DNA of 64,000 nt from Alkalispirochaeta sp. (lineage in GTDB: Bacteria; Spirochaetota; Spirochaetia; DSM-27196; Alkalispirochaetaceae), in contig OZ271854.1 of the NCBI GenBank assembly GCA_965601925.1, positions 3,104,001 through 3,168,000 on the forward strand, read 5' to 3'. Positions within the stretch are counted from its first letter, which is position 1. The number at the start of each line of letters is the position of its first letter. The notes beneath the pieces were generated by a model. That model worked only from the letters and a program-made list of their open reading frames with translations, made no database searches and was not told where the DNA came from. The translations under genes and the position numbers were made by a program. This document shows, piece after piece, positions 26,669 through 36,555 of the stretch.

Positions 26669-28015
26669 TCAAGGGAGTCTGTCGGTCCAGTACTCTTCCC
26701 AACGCTCGTCTGCGGCCGCCGGGGGGAGAATCCGCTCGCGGCCCAATCGATCGCCGGTCTCGTGCATCCACCGCTCCAGTCGGCCGTTCAAGTCGGCCAG
26801 CCTCATCGCGTGGGACGGATCGTAGGCGAGGTTGTGCTTCTCCTGAGGATCGAAGAGCAGATCGTAGAGTTGGAACTCCGGCGTCGCGGTGTCCTCCCAC
26901 CCGGACTCTTTCCACAACCGATCCATGGGACCACCGGCATCGGCCGAGTAGGAGGTTTCCGGCAGCTCAGGTCCGAAGCGGCGGATAAGCTTGTAACGAA
27001 CGGTCCGGATCGATCGGAGCGGGCGGTAGGCGTCGTGGTACGTCTGTTCCCCATAGATCTCGTCGTGGATGTGGTCGACCTCCCCGCGGACCAGGGGCAT
27101 CGCCGATACCCCCGCGAGTCCCGGCGGCGTATCGAAGCCGAGAAGCTCGCACAGGGTCGGGAACAGATCGGTGTGGTGCACCATCCCATCAACGATCCCG
27201 CCTTGAGGAATGTCGGGCCCCGCCATGATCAGAAAGACTCCGGTGCCTGCGTCACTGAGGGTCGATTTCATACCCGGCATCCCCGGTCCGTGGTCGGTGG
27301 TGCACAGCACGATCGTCTCGTCCTGGAGACCCGCCCGCGCGAGGCCCGCAAGCACTGCGCCGAGTTCCCCATCGAGCACCGAAAGGCCCTGGGCGAAGTT
27401 TGCCGCCTCCCGACGGCTCTCCGGCCGGTCCGGGTAACCGGGAAGGGGCATTCGATAGCGACTGTCCAGGTCCTCCGGTTCCTGCGGTATAGAGCTCGTG
27501 AAGGTGTTCCGGTCGCCGCCGTTGAATCGGTGCGGCTCCAGATATCCTACCGAGAGGAAGAAGGGGCGTCGCGGTTTCCCGCTGATGAACTCTATGGCTT
27601 TGGCTGTGGTCGTTCTCGGGTCGTGGAGTCCCTCCGAGGTATGGTTGAGGAGGTTATCGTATCCCAGCGCCAGCGGCGACGCCCACGGTTCCCGCGCTAC
27701 GTGCTGAACTCCCGCAAGGGCGGTGGCGTAACCGCGGGTGCGTAGGAAGCTGGCCAGATGTTTGCTGTAGTCGTCGAGGGCAAAGCCGGACCAGGAACTG
27801 GCGAGACCGTACATGCCCGACGAGTGGGGGTACCGACCGGTAAGCAACGCCGCGCGGCTCGGCGAACAGGTGGGGGAGGCGGCGAAGGCGTTTCGAAACG
27901 TGGTGCCTCGGTGGGCCAACTCGAGAAGCCGGGGGGTACGAAACGGATACCCGTAGGGTTCGATAAAGCGCCCCGCATCATGACAGTGGAGGTATAAGAT
28001 AGATGGACGCTTCAT
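26669..28015 (-). CDS. Cys-type sulfatase (N-sulfoglucosamine sulfohydrolase-like)
   Basis: HD, CSPSRAALLTG formylglycine motif, PFFL.VG..EPHR, TDHG, K..L.D.G, QLYDL..DP.E..NLA. Confidence 0.9.
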   Translation of the reverse strand: MKRPSILYLHCHDAGRFIEPYGYPFRTPRLLELAHRGTTFRNAFAASPTCSPSRAALLTGRYPHSSGMYGLASSWSGFALDDYSKHLASFLRTRGYATALAGVQHVAREPWASPLALGYDNLLNHTSEGLHDPRTTTAKAIEFISGKPRRPFFLSVGYLEPHRFNGGDRNTFTSSIPQEPEDLDSRYRMPLPGYPDRPESRREAANFAQGLSVLDGELGAVLAGLARAGLQDETIVLCTTDHGPGMPGMKSTLSDAGTGVFLIMAGPDIPQGGIVDGMVHHTDLFPTLCELLGFDTPPGLAGVSAMPLVRGEVDHIHDEIYGEQTYHDAYRPLRSIRTVRYKLIRRFGPELPETSYSADAGGPMDRLWKESGWEDTATPEFQLYDLLFDPQEKHNLAYDPSHAMRLADLNGRLERWMHETGDRLGRERILPPAAADERWEEYWTDRLP

Positions 28016-29715
28016 CACACCTCCCTCGGACCGTTCCCGGTGCGGAACGCACGCTTCACGCACCGGTAGGCCTCTTTTTTGAGCCGGTATTCGTTAACCA
28101 CGCCCTTATTGTTGAACCCTCGCGGTCTCACGGAGGCCTTTTCGGCGTTGCGGGCGGTCCGTACGTCGCAGTACTGCCACAAGGCGAGGCCCGCGACGCC
28201 CTTCGCCGGATCGAGCGCGTAGTCGAGCACGGCGGAGAGGAGGCGCGTCTGATACTGTTCGGTCCATCGGCCCCCGTCGTCGTCTCGATACCCGTAGAGT
28301 GCACCGGCCCCGATTTCCGAAAGGAGAATCGGTTTGACGCCCTTATTGCGTCTTCGAATGGTCTCGATCGTCGCGTCGAGACGGTCCGGAATCTCCTCGA
28401 TCTCTCCATCGTACCAGCCGGGGTAGACGTTCACCGAGAGGATGTCCGCAAACTCCCCGCACAAGTCGGTATTAGGCTTGTGAGAAGCGTAGGTCACCGG
28501 TCGGCCGGGGTCCGCCTTACGAAGTGCTTGCGCAAGTGCCCCGTACGCCGACCGCCCCTCCGGGGTGTCGCAGTCCGACTCGTTGAGGAATCCACGGATC
28601 ACCACACTGGGATGGTTGTACGACGCGTGCACCATTGCCGCGGTTTGGTCGTGGAGAACCCTTAAGAAGCGATCATTCGACAGGTGCTCCGCGGTGTTCT
28701 GCCACCCGGTGGACTCCTCCCATACGAGGAATCCAAGCTCGTCGCAGAGATCCAGGAATCGGGGGTCCTGAGGGTAGTGGCTTCCGCGGATGAAGTTGCA
28801 TCCCAGGTCCTTCAGGCGCATAAGATCGCCCACCATGATCTGGTCCGGCAGGGCAAACCCAAAGTCAGGGTGCATGTGGTGCCGATTGTATCCCTGCAGT
28901 TGAACGGGGCGGCCGTTGAGCACGAACCGCGCCCCCTCGACCGCGAACGTCCGTATCCCCACCCGCTCCCAAATATCGTCTTCGCCGCAATCGACACGTA
29001 ACGGATGGAGGGCGGGGCTCTCCGGCGACCAGAGATCGAGGCCCGGGACCGTCGGAGTGATGGTGACCGCACCCCGCCCCTCCGAGAAAGAGACCGTGCC
29101 TTCCCATAGAGCTCGGTCCGCGAGCGTCACGGAAACCGGTACATCGCCGTCGCTTAAGGCGGTGAGTTCCACGGCCACGGAAATCCGACGAGCCTCCGCG
29201 TCCAGGGTCCGATATCGCACGTTACGAATGTGGTGGTTGGGAAGGGCGTGGAGTTCCACCGAGCCGGCGATTCCGCCGTAGTGATACCAGTCGTAGTAGT
29301 CGAGATTGATCGGCGAGACGTCGAACCGGGGTCGGTTATCAACGATCACAATCAGTGTATGAGATCCCTCGGTTGCGTCGGGCAGCGGCGCGGAGAAGGG
29401 CACGAACCCTCCAATATGGTCGACGACGAGTCGTGCGTCGACGTACACCCGCGCGCGGTGGTTCACCCTTCCGAAACGGAGCTCGTGGGGACCGGTTTTA
29501 TGAACCGTGAACCGCCTTCGGTAGGCCGTCAGACCCTGTCGCGCCCTGAAGACTGGTGCGGCATCAAAGCATCCCGGTACCGGCATGCGATGCGCAAAGG
29601 TCAGTCTTTCCAGGTCGATCCCCGCGGCGTCGGCCTCTCCAAGCCACGAAAACTCCCATGTGCCGTCGAGACTCTCTACACGGCGTCGCGTGTGTTCCGC
29701 GAATACGCGTATCAT
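28015..29715 (-). CDS. GH2 glycosidase, beta-glucuronidase-like
   Basis: G.NRH, RGSHYP, NHPSV...NE acid/base, LSEIGA nucleophile, N.KG glucuronidase motif. Confidence 0.88.
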   Translation of the reverse strand: MIRVFAEHTRRRVESLDGTWEFSWLGEADAAGIDLERLTFAHRMPVPGCFDAAPVFRARQGLTAYRRRFTVHKTGPHELRFGRVNHRARVYVDARLVVDHIGGFVPFSAPLPDATEGSHTLIVIVDNRPRFDVSPINLDYYDWYHYGGIAGSVELHALPNHHIRNVRYRTLDAEARRISVAVELTALSDGDVPVSVTLADRALWEGTVSFSEGRGAVTITPTVPGLDLWSPESPALHPLRVDCGEDDIWERVGIRTFAVEGARFVLNGRPVQLQGYNRHHMHPDFGFALPDQIMVGDLMRLKDLGCNFIRGSHYPQDPRFLDLCDELGFLVWEESTGWQNTAEHLSNDRFLRVLHDQTAAMVHASYNHPSVVIRGFLNESDCDTPEGRSAYGALAQALRKADPGRPVTYASHKPNTDLCGEFADILSVNVYPGWYDGEIEEIPDRLDATIETIRRRNKGVKPILLSEIGAGALYGYRDDDGGRWTEQYQTRLLSAVLDYALDPAKGVAGLALWQYCDVRTARNAEKASVRPRGFNNKGVVNEYRLKKEAYRCVKRAFRTGNGPREV

Positions 29716-31814
29716 TGCGGCCTCCTTTTCCCGTGGCGCCTATCGAGGGGCAGGCTGAAGAGTCTCCAAGTGAGTGGCCCGAGGGTCGTCCTGTCGGCGC
29801 CGTCGGTTTCCCCGTCGAGCATCAGTTCTCGTGGCGACCCGGTCAAGAACTGCACCTCTTGGGAGTCCGACGCCGAGTAATTGATAAGGAACAGGAGTCG
29901 TTCGGACTCCGTATCCAGAGCGCGGACCGTTACATACTCGTCCCCTCCGGCAACGTCGAAGGGTGATCGAATCCCCGCCTCCTCGGCGATATCGCCGACC
30001 AAGGTGAGCAGACGCTCCTTCTGATCGCGAGGAAGAACGGGATATGAGCCGTCGTCGTGATACTTGCTTCCCCCGGTGGTAAAGGCCATGCTCGGGGCAC
30101 CGCCGATGAGCCACGTGGTCCCCTCGCCGAAGCTGTTGCGCACTCCTACCGGGCGATCCTCGTCGTCGAAAAGAAAGCCGGTCCCTCCGAGAACTCGATA
30201 GGACTGTCGTTGGTAGGGCAGTACGAAACTCCTCCCATCCTCTCGCATTACCGGGTACGTGTCGTCCATCCAGAATCGGTCCTCGCAGCAACCGAAAAGG
30301 GAGTCCAAACCACCGCCCGGCTGGGCGTTGTAGAGGAGCCCGTCGTCGTCGACGTAGGCCGGACGGCCCTCCGCGACGACTTTTCCGCCCGCCGCGGCGA
30401 AATCCGCAAGAGCTTTGGCAACGGCCCGGGGAAGTTGCCACACTACAGGCAGGTATACGAGGTCGAAGTGGGAGAGAATCCCCTCTTCGACCCCCCGGCG
30501 GTCGACGATTTCAACCGGAATCCGTTGCGCGTTCCACACGGCGCGGCTTCCGAAGAGGCTCTCTCGAGCGTCCGTCCCGTATCCGACGTGGTTCCCGAAG
30601 AAGACGTTCTCCTCGGCGTAGTAGAGTGCGACCTTGGGCCGCGGCGGCGTTCCGCGACGTATCCGATCGCCGTAGAGCTCCCGAAGTAGGGTCATTCGAT
30701 TCGGCGTTTTTATGTACTCCATCGGCGACTCGTCGACCCGGAGTACCGTCTGGGACCCGGTAAACTTGTGCGGTTGCTCCCATTTGGGAGCCTTGTGACG
30801 GAAATAGAAGATCGTCCGGGCTCCCGCGGCGAGCTGCTCGACGACACAACACTCGACGAGGCGCTGGTCCGTGGGAATCCGTTTATAGGTACCGTACTGC
30901 CCCACGGCGGTTTCCCCTACCATGAGGGGTTTGTGCTGCTGCGTTGCGATACTACGGGCGACGTCCAGCAACAGCCCGTTGTAGAAGCCGGGTCTATCGG
31001 CGGTATTGGCGTAGATGTCGATGCAAGAGAGGTCCGCCGGATCGGTCAAACGCCACAGGCTCCCGTCGCGGCCCAAGGCGTCGTAGTTGTTGTGGAAGAT
31101 CGGGAGAGCGGTATGCTCGCGCATGATGCCGATGCCCCAACGTACCACCTCCTCGACAGACCACCGCTGAAATTGCACGGTCTTCATGCAATGGGGCGCA
31201 ATCCCCCCGCTCGGTGCACCTTCCTGGGAACGGTAGGGGAAGATCTGCTCCCACTCGGCGTACTGGGTACCCCAGGCGCGGTTTATATCGTTCAAGGATC
31301 CATACCGGCCTTTCAGCCAGGAGCGGAACCTGCGACGGGTTGCCTCACAGTCACAGATCGACACACCGTAGCGGATTTCGTTCCCGAATTGCCACGACGT
31401 TACTCCGGGAGCTCCGTCATACCGGTCGGCGATCGTTCTGATGAACCGTTCCATGTGGGCGCGATACTCCTCGTGGTCGAAGCACGCCGCTTGAACGCGT
31501 CGGGTCGTACGAAGTCCATCGACCGCTCGAAAACGGATGTCCGGGTAGGCGTAGTAGATCCACTGCGGAGTGTCGGTGATTCCGACGCCCATACACACCT
31601 GAAGGCCCGACGCCCGGGCCTTCGCGACATAATCGTCCAAGGGGCTGAAGTCGTAGACTCCCTCAGAGGGCTCGAGGACCGACCAGCCGGGCCAGATTTC
31701 CGCCACACGGACGGAGTCGATCCCCATCTCTCGGATCGAGCGGAAATTTCGTGCAAGTTCCTCGGAGGGATTTGCGTGACTATAGTAAGTCGTTCCAAAC
31801 GTTAGTTCCGACAT
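29712..31814 (-). CDS. GH42-like glycosidase (beta-galactosidase family)
   Basis: G..YY, W..LEP.EG.YDF..LD, WQ.GNE, C.C......F..WL..RYG.+..+N.AWGT, trimerisation-type C-terminal domain. Confidence 0.82.
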   Translation of the reverse strand: MSELTFGTTYYSHANPSEELARNFRSIREMGIDSVRVAEIWPGWSVLEPSEGVYDFSPLDDYVAKARASGLQVCMGVGITDTPQWIYYAYPDIRFRAVDGLRTTRRVQAACFDHEEYRAHMERFIRTIADRYDGAPGVTSWQFGNEIRYGVSICDCEATRRRFRSWLKGRYGSLNDINRAWGTQYAEWEQIFPYRSQEGAPSGGIAPHCMKTVQFQRWSVEEVVRWGIGIMREHTALPIFHNNYDALGRDGSLWRLTDPADLSCIDIYANTADRPGFYNGLLLDVARSIATQQHKPLMVGETAVGQYGTYKRIPTDQRLVECCVVEQLAAGARTIFYFRHKAPKWEQPHKFTGSQTVLRVDESPMEYIKTPNRMTLLRELYGDRIRRGTPPRPKVALYYAEENVFFGNHVGYGTDARESLFGSRAVWNAQRIPVEIVDRRGVEEGILSHFDLVYLPVVWQLPRAVAKALADFAAAGGKVVAEGRPAYVDDDGLLYNAQPGGGLDSLFGCCEDRFWMDDTYPVMREDGRSFVLPYQRQSYRVLGGTGFLFDDEDRPVGVRNSFGEGTTWLIGGAPSMAFTTGGSKYHDDGSYPVLPRDQKERLLTLVGDIAEEAGIRSPFDVAGGDEYVTVRALDTESERLLFLINYSASDSQEVQFLTGSPRELMLDGETDGADRTTLGPLTWRLFSLPLDRRHGKRRPQ

Positions 31815-31874
31815 AGGTAAACTGTAGCACCATGGGAACCAAAAATATGTGCAGAACTGCGTCGCTTTGGACCA

Positions 31875-32696
31875 CTATGGCACCAGCTTGCGAATCCATT
31901 GGGTCGGCGAGCAAGCCATATTCTTGCGAAATACTCGAGCGAAGTAGTGAGATGACTGGTAGCCCAAGCGGAGGGCGATCTCGTTGACCGTGAAACGACC
32001 GGACTCCAACAGCGAGACGGCCCACTCCATCTTCATCCGTTCGTGGAGACGGCCGAGGGATGTGCCGAAAAGCTCATTCATCCGTCTCATGAGCGTGTTA
32101 CGGGACACTCCGAAATCCTCCGCCATCTTCGACACGCCGATTCGATCGCCAATGCGTTCGTGCAGGTAGTTGAGTACTTCGGTTCGGTCATTTAGGGGAC
32201 GGAGCCGCTCCGTCGACTCGAGTCGGGTCAGCACGGACACGAGAATTTCAGCCAGAAGGACCTCTCGGTATCCCATCTCGTGCGCTGCATCCTCGGCGTA
32301 TCGATGGGAGGGCACGAACCCCATGCGCCGAACGAGCTCGGCGTAGTGCAGGTAGTTCGGGTCCCGGCCGAATCGCGATCGGCGGCTCTCACCGATTCTT
32401 GCCGTGAGGTGACGAGCATAGGGACCAAGGAATCGACAGTAATAGTGCTCGTAGGGATCGTCCTTCGATGAGTAGAGGACACCGACATCTTCCGGCTCCA
32501 CCAATCCCACCATACCGGCCTTCACCGTGACGGTGTTTCGTGAGTTGGAATAGTATCCCCGACCCGCAAGAAAGACGGTGAGCATGACATCTCCTTGGAG
32601 CGTTCCCGGCGTGGAGTGGGGCGCGAGTCCCTGGGCAGCCCGCTCCGGACCGGCCACGTGGCCACTCGTTCGAACGGTGAATGGGGCTTGAACCAT
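31875..32696 (-). CDS. AraC-family transcriptional regulator
   Basis: Cupin-like N-terminus; EIA..LGY.S..YF.RVF+K....SP..W HTH. Confidence 0.88.
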   Translation of the reverse strand: MVQAPFTVRTSGHVAGPERAAQGLAPHSTPGTLQGDVMLTVFLAGRGYYSNSRNTVTVKAGMVGLVEPEDVGVLYSSKDDPYEHYYCRFLGPYARHLTARIGESRRSRFGRDPNYLHYAELVRRMGFVPSHRYAEDAAHEMGYREVLLAEILVSVLTRLESTERLRPLNDRTEVLNYLHERIGDRIGVSKMAEDFGVSRNTLMRRMNELFGTSLGRLHERMKMEWAVSLLESGRFTVNEIALRLGYQSSHYFARVFRKNMACSPTQWIRKLVP

Positions 32697-33013
32697 GTGT
32701 CATAATCGGCGCCCTACGTGCGGATGTCAACGCGACGGCGCCCGAGCGACTCGGTAGCGTGTCACACTCGAAAGGATCGCGAGGCCGCCGATTGCCGACG
32801 GTTGAGGATAGCGGTACGGCCCGTCGCCTGGATATCACCGAGATCTGAAACGTTCCGAACGTAATGGGTCGACGGAGGATGTGTGGTTAGAGTGATAGGC
32901 CCCCGCAAGAGCGTGCTGCTCGCGATACATCGGACCATTCGTGGCGAACGGTCCGAGTGAACCGCTCTACGGAGCTGTTACGGATTACTTTCCCGCCCGG
33001 AGGCGGGGTGCGC

Positions 33014-33592
33014 TTAGTCGCCGTCGCCCGCCCACCGGTCGAACGTGACGCCCCGCGCCTCGTCCAGGCGCGCGATTAATCGTACCGGGTCGTCGTCGTG
33101 AAGCACCAAATTTCTGCTGCGACGAAGCAAAAACCCCTCGTCCACCATAGCGTCGAAGAAACGGAGTAACGGATTGTAGAAGCCCGCCACATCGAGTAGA
33201 CCCACCGGCTTGCCGTGAAGGCCGATCTGGGCCCAACTCAGCACCTCCGAGAGTTCCTCCAGGGTACCGAATCCGCCGGGTAGTGCGATGAAGCCGTCGC
33301 TTCGGTCCATCATCTCCCGTTTGCGCTCGTGCATGGACGTGACGATGGTGAGCTCCGTCAACCCTGGGTGGGCGATCTCGCGGTCTTCCAGGTGTTTGGG
33401 AATCACACCCAGAACCTCACCGCCCCGCGAGAGCGTGGCGTCGGCGACGATTCCCATGAGACCCGCCTTCCCTCCGCCGTACACCAACCGTGCGCCGGCA
33501 TCAACGATCGCCGTACCGAGGGAACGGGCCGCGGCCTCGTAACGGACGTCGCTACCGGGTGAGGACCCGCAGTACACACATATCGAGTTCAT
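33014..33592 (-). CDS. LOG-family phosphoribohydrolase (TIGR00730)
   Basis: CVYCGSS, LVYGGG..GLMG, MHERK, PGGFGTLEEL. Confidence 0.93.
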   Translation of the reverse strand: MNSICVYCGSSPGSDVRYEAAARSLGTAIVDAGARLVYGGGKAGLMGIVADATLSRGGEVLGVIPKHLEDREIAHPGLTELTIVTSMHERKREMMDRSDGFIALPGGFGTLEELSEVLSWAQIGLHGKPVGLLDVAGFYNPLLRFFDAMVDEGFLLRRSRNLVLHDDDPVRLIARLDEARGVTFDRWAGDGD

Positions 33593-36555
33593 GAATCGAT
33601 CTTCTCCTTGCCGATGTTCGACGGCCGTAACCGTGCGTCGAGACGGTCCAGCGTGGCGGCTACACGGCTCCGTCCCGCAAGCTCAGCGGGTCGCAACGTC
33701 CCGGTACGATGAAGCTCGCGACACGCCTCGGCGTACGGGATACGGGCAAGCCCGGCTATGATACGACTCCCGCGGTCGACCAGCTTTTTGTTGGTGGGAT
33801 CGACCTGCACCATGAAGTTACCCTTGATGCGTCCCAACCGCGCCATCGTGGCGGTCGAAACGGTGTTGAGGATGAGCTTGAGCGCGAGACGGCGGTATAG
33901 ATCGGAGAGAGTCTCCCGCATCACCAACGGTATTGCGGTGTAGCGTGTGGATTCGTCGTCGACACCCCCGCCGATTGAGGACCGCGCGTTCGGATGGTCC
34001 GTCGCGTGTGCGGCACCAACCGCGACGTGTATACGGTCGGCACCGACGGAACGCTCCTCCCGCAACGCCGCCCCGACGCGCTCACCGTCCGTCTCACCGG
34101 CGCTTATTCCGATAAAGAGGGCGCCGTCTTCCGAAGAACGCTCCGCGAGCCCGTCGATTCCGATGCGATATTCGGCCAGTGCACGCGACGAAAGGGGCGG
34201 TGGTGAGTCGATGAAGCGCTGCGGGGCGGCAAGCTCCTCGTATACGTCACGACCCCACTCCAGCCCGCGGGGAGCGCGCAGCAGCATATCGCGCCACGCC
34301 TTCTCGGTCTGCAGTCGCGCATGTTTCGGAAAGGCCCACGACGGCGGTGCGTTGCCCTCGGATGCGGCGCGCATGGGCGGGAGATTAAACGTCGGCGTGC
34401 GCTCCGACGTGTCGCTGAAGACGTCCAGGAGGTATCGGTCTGCGAGGTAGGTCACCAGACCGCCGCGGCGATACACCTCCTCTTCCGCCTCGACAAGGCG
34501 TGCGAGTGTCGCTACCGTGTCGTCCGACTGCAGAGAGGCGAGGAGACGATCGAAGTGATGAGCATACGACTCCTCGCTCAACGCCCCGTCGCCTTGGAGC
34601 CGACGAATCGCGTCGTCCATGGCCGACCCTACGACGAGCAACTCGGCACTCGTCGCCTGCATACGCGTCGATCCGGCGATCGCCATGGCGCCGGTCGTGA
34701 GGTCTAGTGCGACGACTTTCGGATGCTCTATTAGTTCTCGCGACCGTTCGGTTCGGGAGATCAACAACTCAGTCGGATTATTGTACACGAAAAAGACGGA
34801 CGCGCCGCGTTCCAAGGCTTCCCAGGCGGTGCCGATCACCGACGAGGTTTCCCCACCTTCGGAGATTGCAATGCACAGATCGCCCTTGCCGATGCCGAGG
34901 TCGACCATTTGACGGCGGCCGAATATCTGGAAGTCTTCGAAGCTTTCTACCGACTTTATGAGCGCCCGGTCGCCACCGGTGATGATACCGGCCGCGCGAT
35001 CGGCGATTTCAGCATCCGCATCGAGCCACGCGCGACGCCACATCGTCTCCAGAAGTACCGCAAGGCGACCCGTGGAGCCGCACCCGGAGATACGCAGTCT
35101 CCCGCCGTTTCGGATCGTCCGTACGATCGCCCCGGAGAGGGAGCGCCACGCGTCGCCGCCGATGGTGCGGCGGGCGACCGGTGCGATATCTTCGTCGACC
35201 GCAAGAAGTGCCCGTATTCCGGCCCGCGTGTCGCCGGCGATCGTGTCGCTAAGCGTGGATGTCGCCGGATGGGATTGCTCGGTTACGAGATGACCCAGAT
35301 GAAACTGCGTCTCCTCGTCGACGAATCGGCGCGCCTCTCCATCCGCGGCGATCCTTTGTATGCGTCGGGCGTGACGCAGGAGGATCCGCGGAAGATGAAA
35401 GCAGCCCTTCCACTTGCCGCCCTTCTGCTGCGTCGAGGGCGTCCCGTCGCGATGGAGATATCCGTACCACTCGTCGAACTCGGGATCGCGAAAACGGTCC
35501 CACGTATAACGTTCGATCCGGCTGTGCCACTCGCGAAACGGTTCGGTATCGCCTTCGCGTTGCGACGTATCGGCGTCGGCGGCGACCAACGCGGCGTACA
35601 TCGACTCCAGATGAACCCACCACAATTTCATATCGTGTTCGAGTTTCTCCGGCGCGTGCCCCGCGTAGTCTTGAAAGTAGAGTATGCCGTCGTGCTCCGC
35701 ATCCCATCCGCGCTCAAACGTCCACAACAGCGCCTGTCGCGCGCGCTCGATCCACTCCGTATGTCCGAGCTCTTCGGCGGCCTCAATGGCCATCCACAGC
35801 GCCTCGGCGGCGTGGCCGGGATTGAGAAGACGTCCGTCCATGCCGTCGGGATGCGACCCGTCCGCCAACACGTGCTCGAAAACCGCGCGACGCTCGGCGT
35901 CGATGTGGCGCCCCAGAATCACCGATGCGTTGTCCTCCAGCACACCGACGAGTCCGCGCTCGTCCAAGCCGACACCGTCGCCGCCGATCGTCCGCGCAAA
36001 TACGTCGGCCATGTTGAGCTGAATCATGGGAAGCGACATCGCGAGGGTCGGGCGCGATCCGGTCACCGTCTTGGTCCAGCGCCCCTTGGGACGGAGCGAC
36101 CGTTCGCGTACCCTGCGCCACGACCGACGGGCGACCGTCGCCGCCTCGTCGGAATCGGAGGCGGCCGCATACTCGGCCATTGCCATGGCGGCAAAACAAT
36201 CGGAGAAGATGTTATAGGGCTCCACCAACGGCGTCCCGTCGCGTAAGAGCGAAAAGTACCAGTCGCCCGACTCCGAGCGGCCGTGGCGCAACAAAAAATC
36301 GGCGCCCAGCGCGGCGAGATCGAGCCAATCTCCACGCCGCTCGACGGTGCGATAGAGGTGAGAGAACATCCACACCTGGCGCGCTTGCAGCCAGACGAAC
36401 TTGTCGGTATCGAAGACCGTTCCGTCGCGCTCCAAGCACGTGAAGTATCCGCCGTGCTTACGGTCCGGGGAGTGGCGTTCCCAGAACGGAATGACGCGGT
36501 CCAGTAGTTCGGAATAGTACGTTTCGGCCGTACGGTCGCTCGGGATCGGGTTCAT
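33589..36555 (-). CDS. Fusion: N-acylglucosamine 2-epimerase (AGE) + MurQ/GKRP-like double SIS domain
   Basis: aa ~1-405: DKFVWLQARQVW, NPGHA.E..W, KLWWVH.E, KGGKWKGCFH.PR. Remainder: TEQSHP, SGCGSTGRL, TGGD, SEGGET, GSTRMQ, KL.LN.+ST..M..LG.+.GN.M..V...N.KL.DR. Confidence 0.85.
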   Translation of the reverse strand: MNPIPSDRTAETYYSELLDRVIPFWERHSPDRKHGGYFTCLERDGTVFDTDKFVWLQARQVWMFSHLYRTVERRGDWLDLAALGADFLLRHGRSESGDWYFSLLRDGTPLVEPYNIFSDCFAAMAMAEYAAASDSDEAATVARRSWRRVRERSLRPKGRWTKTVTGSRPTLAMSLPMIQLNMADVFARTIGGDGVGLDERGLVGVLEDNASVILGRHIDAERRAVFEHVLADGSHPDGMDGRLLNPGHAAEALWMAIEAAEELGHTEWIERARQALLWTFERGWDAEHDGILYFQDYAGHAPEKLEHDMKLWWVHLESMYAALVAADADTSQREGDTEPFREWHSRIERYTWDRFRDPEFDEWYGYLHRDGTPSTQQKGGKWKGCFHLPRILLRHARRIQRIAADGEARRFVDEETQFHLGHLVTEQSHPATSTLSDTIAGDTRAGIRALLAVDEDIAPVARRTIGGDAWRSLSGAIVRTIRNGGRLRISGCGSTGRLAVLLETMWRRAWLDADAEIADRAAGIITGGDRALIKSVESFEDFQIFGRRQMVDLGIGKGDLCIAISEGGETSSVIGTAWEALERGASVFFVYNNPTELLISRTERSRELIEHPKVVALDLTTGAMAIAGSTRMQATSAELLVVGSAMDDAIRRLQGDGALSEESYAHHFDRLLASLQSDDTVATLARLVEAEEEVYRRGGLVTYLADRYLLDVFSDTSERTPTFNLPPMRAASEGNAPPSWAFPKHARLQTEKAWRDMLLRAPRGLEWGRDVYEELAAPQRFIDSPPPLSSRALAEYRIGIDGLAERSSEDGALFIGISAGETDGERVGAALREERSVGADRIHVAVGAAHATDHPNARSSIGGGVDDESTRYTAIPLVMRETLSDLYRRLALKLILNTVSTATMARLGRIKGNFMVQVDPTNKKLVDRGSRIIAGLARIPYAEACRELHRTGTLRPAELAGRSRVAATLDRLDARLRPSNIGKEKIDS

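Noticed and set aside
26666..27745. 359-aa plus-strand ORF, and similar ones at 10533-11705, 30768-31805 and 52887-53972
   Set aside because: Antisense shadows of well-supported genes.
34909..36246. 445-aa plus-strand ORF
   Set aside because: Antisense shadow of the AGE domain; no motifs; typical of high-GC DNA.
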